This document shows, one piece after another, positions 37,560 to 46,320 of a stretch of 46,320 nt of DNA. Where the stretch lies: the NCBI RefSeq assembly GCF_001194135.2, contig NC_068991.1, positions 18,140,496 through 18,186,815 on the forward strand, written 5' to 3'. Both the position numbers and the translations under genes were made by a program. The stretch's first letter is position 1, and each line of letters begins with the position of its first letter. The notes under the pieces are model-generated. The model saw only the letters and a program-made list of their open reading frames with translations. It searched no databases and was not told where the DNA came from. The stretch is from Octopus bimaculoides (taxonomy: Eukaryota).

Positions 37560-38062
37560 TCATCAGTCAGGTTAGAGAGCGTTTTGAACTGATTTAGTGT
37601 GTTTATGCCTATTTGCGTACAGCGAGAAATTTTCTCCACGACAAAATACAGTGAACGGCTTTTTTATGGGTCTGAATATGTCCCAAGAATATTTGAACTG
37701 GCAACAAGTTTGTATTTATATTCATCAGAGGTTAGCACTCCTATTCTATGTTTTATTTACTGTGAGCTCCTGATTAGTGCAACAAATTACAATACAATGG
37801 CAGGAATTATAATAAGAGATAATCTATCTCTTTTAAGTTCATAGTCTTTCTCTTTCTGGTGTCTGATGCTGAAGAGGAGATAAGCACTCCAAAATTCATG
37901 CATCCATAAGCCTGGTTAGCAGGTGATTCAAACTGAATTGGTGTGTTTACACCTACTTGACTACAGCAACAAATTTTCTCCATGAAAAAATACAGTGAAA
38001 AGCTTTCTTATGGTTTCAAATATGCCTTAAGTATATTTGAACAGGTAACAAGTTTGTATACA
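37560..38062. repeat. Diverged direct repeat (two units of about 150-170 bp, 343 bp apart)
   Basis: 37629 aattttctccacgacaaaatacagtgaacggctt... versus 37972 aattttctccatgaaaaaatacagtgaaaagctt... Confidence 0.8.
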
Positions 38063-38492
38063 GAATTAAGTACACTGTGCATACATGCATAAAAATGCTC
38101 TCAGTGGATTTGTTCTCAAAGTAACTCAAAATATGCAAGCTGGTCCATTCCATCTCTATATAACCACTACTATTAACAGCCATGGGTAGTGTCCTGTAAT
38201 GCTTGACTCCCACCAACCGTGCCCCTGTAAGCAACAGGCAATATATAAGAACAAATCAAAAATATAATTGGTAGAGTGTCAGGCAAAACTTATGTTATTT
38301 GCTTACATCCCTTCATGTCCTGAATTCAAATCCTTTTTAGATTAAGGCTAACTTTCATTGTTCCATTCTGAGGTTGATAAAAGTAGAGGAGTAGATATAA
38401 TCAATTATATCTTTGAAGGCAGTATTCCCCGCCTGGCATGGCCTCAGTAAAACAAGGTAAATAAAAGTAGAGCTAATAAAAGTCATGCTTAC

Positions 38493-38547
38493 CGCGTTTC
38501 CATAGATAACCTTCTTTCACCACAAGTGCGTGGCAATCAGAACTCAT
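38493..38547 (-). CDS. Akt: Akt/PKB first coding exon (MSSDCHALVVKEGYLWKR + G), start of PH domain
   Basis: Minus-strand translation matches the Akt N-terminal VKEGWLxKRG motif. Donor CGCG|GTAAGC gives a phase-1 intron at the human AKT1 position. An in-frame TAG lies 9 nt upstream of the ATG. Confidence 0.93.
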
Positions 38548-38575
38548 GTCAGCCTACAATCTTGCTTTTCTAAAT
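38548..38575 (-). other. Akt: 5'UTR part of the Akt first coding exon (whole exon 38493-38575, 83 nt)
   Basis: Acceptor cttatttcatttcag|ATTTAG at 38576/38575 implies at least one further upstream non-coding exon. Confidence 0.75.
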
Positions 38576-39727
38576 CTGAAATGAAATAAGACAATAATTT
38601 ATTAGTGGTAATGATGATGATGGGTCTTTTATTGGTTTCAATGATCAGGAGTCAGTGGTTTGATTAACTGAACTGTTCACTCATTATTTTTAACATGCAA
38701 ATGGCTGTGTATTCCACAGGCACATGTACCTTTAATGTAATCCTTATCACACAAATCCACTTACAAGATTTCAATCAACCCAAGGTTCTGGTCAGAAAAA
38801 ACACCAATCCAAGATGCCAAGCAGTGTGATTGAGTCCAGGACCTCATGATTGCAAAGCAAACTCCTTAATTACTCGACAAAGCCTACATCCATAGCCATT
38901 AATAGTTATGCTAAAAGTAGTAGTAGCATTTTATAAATAAATAATATAGATTTCACACAACAATGTGAAGTTATAGTCATAGGTGGAAGGATATATTTGG
39001 TTGGTTAAGTCAATCATGGTGCATGGCAGCTACTTGCTGAAGTCTAAGTCAGTTCTGATTGTGAAAACTTATAATCAAAGGTGTTCTTGCTGTGACCATC
39101 TCCCTGTTTTTGTATATTTTTGACTAGAGGTTCACTCCCTTGCATGCAACATATCAGACACAGGTTGTGTTGTTAACCAACTGGAGATGTTCTCCTGGGG
39201 GTTAAAAAATCGTAGTAACGTCGTTCCGTATGGAACAGCCATGTTAAAGTAGCAACAAACATTACCTTTCTAGGATTACATTATCCAATATGTCCATCCA
39301 CATTTTTTTCAGATTTGAGAGAGATATAGTTGCTATTTCTGGAAGGCTGTGTGACCATATAGGGCTCCCACATTAGCTTAACCAGCAGATCAAATAGAGC
39401 TGAATATGTTTTTATTCTACTGAACTGCAGGCTTAAACGAATAATGCACAACATACCATCATAGATGCACATTAATCTAATGCATACTTTGGAAACCTAT
39501 AACATACCACAACAGCACACTCTGTAAAGATGGAACGAACAAGAGGATTATTGAATAGTCTACCAATTTATAGATCTCAATTTCAAATCTGTTGTAGTGA
39601 TATTTTGTGGTCTCAGTATGATATTGAAATGTCTATGACTTGGGTAGCATTTTATGAAACTGGGACTAAATATTGAGAATATCATCTGTGATAGAGTGGT
39701 TATTGAGGTGAACAATTATTTCAGTTT

Positions 39728-40068
39728 CATCATCATCATCATTATCGTCGTTTAACATCCGCTTTCCATGCTAGCATGGGTTGGACGATTTGACTGAGGA
39801 CTGGTGAAACCAGATGGCAACACCAGGCTCCAATCTGATTTGGCAGAGTTTCTACAGCTGGATGCCCTTCCTAACGCCAACCACTCCAAGAGTGTAGTGG
39901 GTGCTTTTACGTGCCACCGGCATGAAGGTACTGGCAACGGCCACGCTCAAAATGGTGTATTTTATGTGCCACCCGCACAAGAGCCAGTCCAGGGGCACTG
40001 GCAACGATCCTGCTCGAAAGTCCTTACACATGCCACAGGCACAAGTGCCAGAAAGGCGACGCTGGGCG
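39728..40068 (-). mobile_element. (GAT)n-tailed retroposon 3' end
   Basis: Reverse complement of the 32758-33273 family. Confidence 0.85.
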
Positions 40069-42279
40069 TAATCAAAACTAGACACTGCTTCTGGTGAACT
40101 CTTAACAATTAATAATGAACATTATTTTTCTTTGAGGATCTGGGCGCTGTGTTTATCTGCATATAAACATCCAAATTGACAGAATCATTCAACCAATACT
40201 CACAAATAGGAATTTGTAAAAAAATGCTTTAAGTAAAGTCCATCTTTCTTCTGTAACAACAACAGTAATTAAGAGGTCTCATGACTAAGCACAAATATGT
40301 GTGCCGATGGAGTGGTGGGGGTGATAGATTTGATAATAATAAAAAAAAAAGAGAATTAAAAAAGGACAGAGATAACTGGAGATTAAATGATAGTAAGGAC
40401 ATATCCAACAAGTACACAACAGGGAGAAATGAATCAACAAAACTTAAAAACAGAAACATGGTGGGAATGTTGGTAATGGTACTGATAACTGTTGTTATTT
40501 CTAAACCCACATGAATAAATTGTCCTATTTATGTACAAGAGAAGTTTGTAATAACATAAAACAAGCAGAGTAAAAAAACACAAGGACTAATTACACGTTT
40601 AAAAATCTAAGAAACCATTATTATATTTATTATTACTATCACCACCAAATTACAATGTGTCAATAAATAGACTACCAACAATACTGTTTTTAGTTTAAAA
40701 CAATCGCTTTCAATCAACATTCTTTCTCTTCTTTTTTTTTTTTGTTTTGGTTACCCAAGTACAACACAAACAGTATTGACTTGACATAAACCAACAAAGA
40801 ACCCTTGACATGATCACATGACACGTTAAAAAATAGAAACTAAAACTTCCTTAAATCACAACCAATCATCTTAAAGGGCACACTGGGCATTGAAGGTTCC
40901 TTATACACAAGAAGACAGAATGAGTTTGATTGGATCACCTTTGATCATAAGTCAGCTCAATCAGGACTGCTCTGGGATTAGACACAAGTACTTTGTGAGC
41001 AAATGAAATATCTCAAGGCATTACTTTCTAAGTTCAAATCCTACCAAAGTCAGCTTTGTCTTTCATTCTTTTGGGGTGACCTGGAACTAGACAAACAGCA
41101 CATTGTAGGCAGAACTGTTAGTGCAAAAAAAAAGAAAAAGTCTCAAGGCAGTTTAGTTATGGGTCATTACTTTCTGAGTTCAATTCCCACTGAGATAAAC
41201 TTTGTCTTTCATCCTTTTAGGGTGGTTAAAATTAAGTATCAATCAAGTAATGGGGTCTATGTATTAAATCACCTCTACAAATTTCAGGCTTTGTGCCCAT
41301 GCGAGAAACAACTATTTCACATCAATCTCTTCTCCCATTTTCTCCCTGAAAATAAAGTATGTTCAGTTTCACTGTAAAGATGAAAAGTGAGAGCAAGCTG
41401 AATAGTTTTGGAGTCCCTTGACAGTGGAAAGAAAGCATAATATAAATCTAAGAAATGATAAATTATCATCATCACTGTATGTCCATGTTTCACGCTGGCA
41501 TAGGTTGGACAATTTGACAGGATTCAATGGGACCAAGGAATCTATCATGCTCCAATGTCTGCTTTGGCATGGTTTCTATAGATGGATGCTCTTCCTAATG
41601 TCAACTGCTTTACAGCATGTACAGGGTGCTTTTTCATGCCACCAGCACTAGTGAGGCTGCCATGCAGCTTGCAAGACTATGAACCCCTGAGGGGGCAAAT
41701 TTATGCAAAGAGATGAAGAGTAGAGAGAGGCAACATATGAGAGAAAAGGGCCAGAGCTGAACAAGTTTCTTGTTGTAGAGGCACTACATAACTACTCACA
41801 CTTTAGAAGAAAGAGTGGGAGTGATTGGGTGCAGCTGGAATGCAATAAAATTAGTGGCAATGAGGTATAAGGATGGACTATGAAAGCATAAGGGTAATAG
41901 GAATAATTTAGCAGTGGGGTGGGGAGTGGGGAGCTCTAATAGTGTAGAGCAGCAAAATAGGAATGATACAATAAACAGGAGAGGGGAAGAGAGAGGCAAG
42001 CATAGTGTATGAGGAGGGTGAGATATATGGTGGGGATATGGGAGTTAATTTTGTGGTACGGTGAGGGTGGGTGATCAATGAAAGTGTGGGTGGAGAGAAC
42101 AGTATTACTGGATGAAGAGTGGGTTAGCAAAGTGAAGTGGCTCTAGTTATTAAAAAAAGTGGAAAAATTACAGTAAGGGAGGTGATAGGTGGTGGATGCC
42201 CTGAGGAGGAAAGAAACTAGATGAAGGGAAACTCAGTTTTGTCAAATTGGGTGGGTCTTCTCAAAAATCAGTCATCCTG

Positions 42280-42432
42280 CTTCTTTTGCCATCTCTGTGA
42301 GGGTCAAGATGCTGAGATAAGTCTTCACTAACTCATCCCATGTCTTCCTATTCCGCAGGTTCCATCCACATTTAGTGATTGGCACTTCTTTATACAGCCA
42401 TCTTCATCCATACATATCACATGTCCATACCA
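42280..42432 (-). mobile_element. RTE LINE ORF2 C-terminal remnant
   Basis: WYGHVICMDEDGCIKKCQSLNVDGTCG is homologous to the 25100-25300 region. Confidence 0.75.
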
Positions 42433-44869
42433 GTAGTCTTTTTTTTCTTGCACACTAGTGGTGTTTTGAATGTAATTTAGCATAAAATTTTAATGGAAGG
42501 GTTATGTCTTTTGGTCCTCTTTAAGAACCTTCAAAATGTAAACTTGTACAGTTGGTATATACCTTGTCAGTTATGAGTGAGGTTCAATATATGCAAACAT
42601 CGTCTTTGTTGAAGTACTATAGTCATCAATCCCTCCATTTGATAAGGTTCAGTAAGCATAATAATTAGCAAAGAGACGCTTATTTGTGCAAAACACTAAA
42701 CAAAGACGTAAAGCTTCTAAAATATCTTACCAGATTTGAATGTCACTCCAGTTATCTTTCTACAATGTAGTGACGTATTTCTAGATATGCAATGAATGAT
42801 TAAAAGACAGATGGAACCCTATCATCACAGTTCTACTTGATAAGGTTGACCTGGGGCTAAATAGCAACAATAATGCTGAGCCAAGCATTTAGTTGGTGGT
42901 CCAACAGCAGTATGAATGGAGGATTCTAGAGGATGTAACCCTACAAAAGGCTGTGAGCTATCAGCAGTGTGGATTTCTAATGCAGCATGTACAGAAAATG
43001 CACCTTTACAATCAATTAGCACACAATATTCTCATTTAAAACTTTCTTTATATGTAATGATGGTTTCTAGTTAACCAAGTGCAAATTTCACAACTGTAAA
43101 GAATGAACTGAAAACACAAATCTTTGTTCACAGTATGATCCCTTTAAGTTTATTTATTTACTACTTGGTGGGTCTGGAAGAAGGGCCAGAGCTCATTGCC
43201 TTCACAGGCCCTCTAAGACCTCTTGAGCCTTTGCAAGTCAACATATGTGCAAAAGAAGAGCAGAAAGGGAAGTCTGGATCATGCAGGGTATGCTATACAA
43301 GTCCATCCAATGGCTACATTATCTGAGCATGAAATTTGAAGTAGCTCATGTATAACTCTTGTATTTATATATATTATATGTATATAAAAATCATCATTTT
43401 CAATGCTTGCTTTTCCATGCTCTTATGGGTCAAACAGAACTTTTAGAGGCAGATTTTCTACAGTCAGATGCCCTTCCTGTCGCCAACTCTCAGCTGTTTC
43501 CAGATAAAGTAATATTTCCCCACATCCAGACATGTTTTCATAGAATATTAGAAATGAATGTCACCATCATGCAAGTGGTGTCCAATAAAGGACACCACTG
43601 GCATGACTGTGACATTCATTTACAACTATCATGTGATGTGAAGGCGAGGAGACAGTAACACACACACATACATAACATACACATATGGCAGGCTTCTTTC
43701 AGTTTCCATGTACCAAATCCACTCACAAGGCTTTGGTCAGCCCAGAGCTATAGAAGAAGATATTATATAAAGAAAATTGGCAGAGTCATTAGGGCACTGG
43801 ATAGACAACCCTGCAGTCATCATTCTGGCTCTTTGTGCTTTGAGTTCGAATTCAATCAAAGCCAACTTAGCTTTTCATTCTTTCAACATTGATAAATAAA
43901 GTTGCCAACTGACGTTGCTTTCTCTTTCTCTCTCTCTTTCTCAGAAATCAGATGTGGTTAAACCAGGAGAGGGATGGTCTCTGTCAGATTTTAAAATGTA
44001 AGGCATACCATATGTCACAGATCAGTGTAATTAGTTTCTTTACACTTAGCTGGCATGAAACTTTGATAATGCATACACACATACACTTTGGATGACCAGG
44101 CATTCATGCATCAATCTGAGGTTTTTCTCCATGGAGACACTCATAAGTAAACGCATTAAGAGTTATGTCCATTTTTGTTTTTAATGTCAACAGTTAGTAA
44201 TAAAAAAAAATCACTAATGTTAATACAGAATGTAACACTATACTTGGTTAGTTAAATTAATATTAATAAACCAATAAAAAGCATAGTGCTTAAAAAGAAT
44301 CTGACCCAAGAAACTAACAAAGAACAGGAGAGGGGCAATAAAGCAGACTACTTTAACTAATGGGAACCAAAGATGATTGAATGGTGATGTGGGAGTTACT
44401 GAATACATGAAATTTTGATGGTGGAGTTGTATTAATTTCGGATGAAAATAAAAGGATGATTTCATGATATGATCCAATGACAGTGATATATAAATATAAT
44501 AAAATTACAATGAAGATGAGGAGGTTTTAGCTCTCCAGGTTAGCCACAACTGAACAAACCTATCATCAAAGATGTTCGAGTTATAACCTGCCTGTCTTTT
44601 TTGCACATCCAAGACTACATTGACCAATGATGTCCTTCCATTTTTAAAGCATAAGATGTGATTTGAAAGAAATTTAGCCATTATTTCCAGTAAGACAAGT
44701 GACCATATAGAGGTAACTCGGTCAGACAGAGTTTACTGAGGTAGATATTCAGTAGCTGGATACCATTCCTGTTACCAACCTCCACCTGTAACCAAGCAAG
44801 GTAATATTTCCCCATGGCCAGACATGATCTTGCAGAATATTGGAATTGTATGACAGTGACACTACCAAC

Positions 44870-45087
44870 AAATCACATGATGTCAACACAAGGAGACACA
44901 AATATATACACACATATATACAAAGGTGATGGGCTTCTTTCAGTTTCTGTCTGTCAAATACACTTGCAAGACTTTGGTCAGCCAAGGGCTATAGTGGAAC
45001 ACACTTGCCCAAGGTGCCACACAGTGGGACTGAACCTGAAACCATATGGTTGGGAATTAAACCACACAGCCACATTCATGCCTACAT
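44870..45087 (-). mobile_element. SINE family B copy
   Basis: Reverse-complement head and body motifs. Confidence 0.75.
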
Positions 45088-45928
45088 GAATATACTTGCT
45101 TAAATGAAAGATTCAAAGAATTAACAGTATACTTTTATGCAGCATGAATGTTGAACCTTATAGTCCTTGAGTGCTTTTATTTGAATTCCTTCTGTGGCAA
45201 GCAGCTAGAACAAGCACTCGTTTCCCTACCCCTGCTTACATTACACCTCTTTTTGTGTACTGACAGCTCACTAGGTGAGGAAAGTTGACTGAATTTTCAA
45301 AACGCTGAAATTGGAGAAAAATACGAAAGATATCATTATTTAACATCCATATTCCATGATGGCATGAATTGGAAAGTCTAGTCATGATTCTGTAGTTAGG
45401 GTTAGGGTTGCTTCCCAACTGCATTGATTTAGGTTCAATCCCAGTATGTGGCACTTTGGACAAGTGTTTTCAATCTGGTCCTATCCTCACCAAACCCTCT
45501 ACATAAACTTCCTTCTTTCTACATGTAAATACTGACAGATATGGTGGATAACACACAAACTTGAAGACAATACATATAACCACTCCTTGTACCATCTTGA
45601 ACCTGTTTCTTTCTTCAGTGACCCTTATAGTTTCTGCAAAAGTATGATTGATTGCAAACCTCATTCATTTTACTACATTACCAGTAGTACATTGTTCTTG
45701 AGACACTTAGGCATGTAATAAATATATATTATTAATTCAATTCAGTTATCCCGAAGTCTGGAAAGACCTGTAAAGTCTATAGGTACAGCTCTTCTTGCCT
45801 TTTCTAACTAATAAAAACATATGCATACACTCACATAAATAAAAGTAGCAACATATATTTACACTAACATCAACAGTGGTAAATTATCAGTCATTAGGAC
45901 AATGGACAGAATGCCTTGCAGTATTTGC

Positions 45929-46220
45929 TCTGAGTTCAAATCCTGCTGAGGTCAAATTTATATTTCATCCTTTCAGGGACAATAAAAAAAGGTAGTAAGC
46001 AGATTGATGCAACTGTGAGAACGCAGAACCAGATGCAATGAGGCATTTGTCCTAGTTCTTTCTGTTCTGAGTTCAAATCCTGCTGAGGTCAAATTTATAT
46101 TTCATCCTCTCAGGGACAATAAAAAAAGGTAGTAAGCAGATTGATGCAACTGTGAGAACGCAGAACCAGATGCAATGAGGCATTTGTCCGAGTTCTTTCT
46201 GTTCTGAGTTCAAATCCTGC
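45929..46220 (+). repeat. Recent 137-bp tandem duplication built from SINE A fragments
   Basis: tctgagttcaaatcctgc occurs at 45929, 46066 and 46203; the two units differ at 2 positions that I could see. Confidence 0.95.
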
Positions 46221-46320
46221 CACGATCTATTTCAGTGATACACTTAATCCGTTATTCAGTTTAACACACCTACCTGGTACCTTTGATGTCTTTAGGAGTC
46301 TACTCTGTTGTAAGCATTCA

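Overview
This is an AT-rich, microsatellite- and transposon-dense animal genomic window with two assembly gaps. The SINE/LINE families point to a coleoid cephalopod, probably Octopus (inference from recalled repeat families). It lies almost entirely inside one minus-strand gene, Akt/PKB. Three short exons (38493-38547 coding, 34469-34591, 23762-23873), all missed or only partly caught by the ORF track, splice to [97 protein letters not shown], the Akt PH domain, with the same intron positions and phases as human AKT1. I could not find the next exon; it is either in an N gap or beyond position 1. The introns hold remnants of RTE, CR1-group, Tx1/L1, Penelope, R4/Dong and Gypsy retroelements, piggyBac- and hAT-like MITEs, and at least three SINE families. 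The best leads are: a Penelope-type minimal hammerhead ribozyme (10001-10046); a near-symmetric inverted repeat pair around Akt exons 1-2 whose back-spliced circle would carry an AUGA start/stop-overlap ORF; two candidate micro-exons; and SINE (TTA)n tails that appear to act as landing pads for further SINEs and a TAA-targeting retrotransposon. None is proven to be a new system; all need expression data or database checks.
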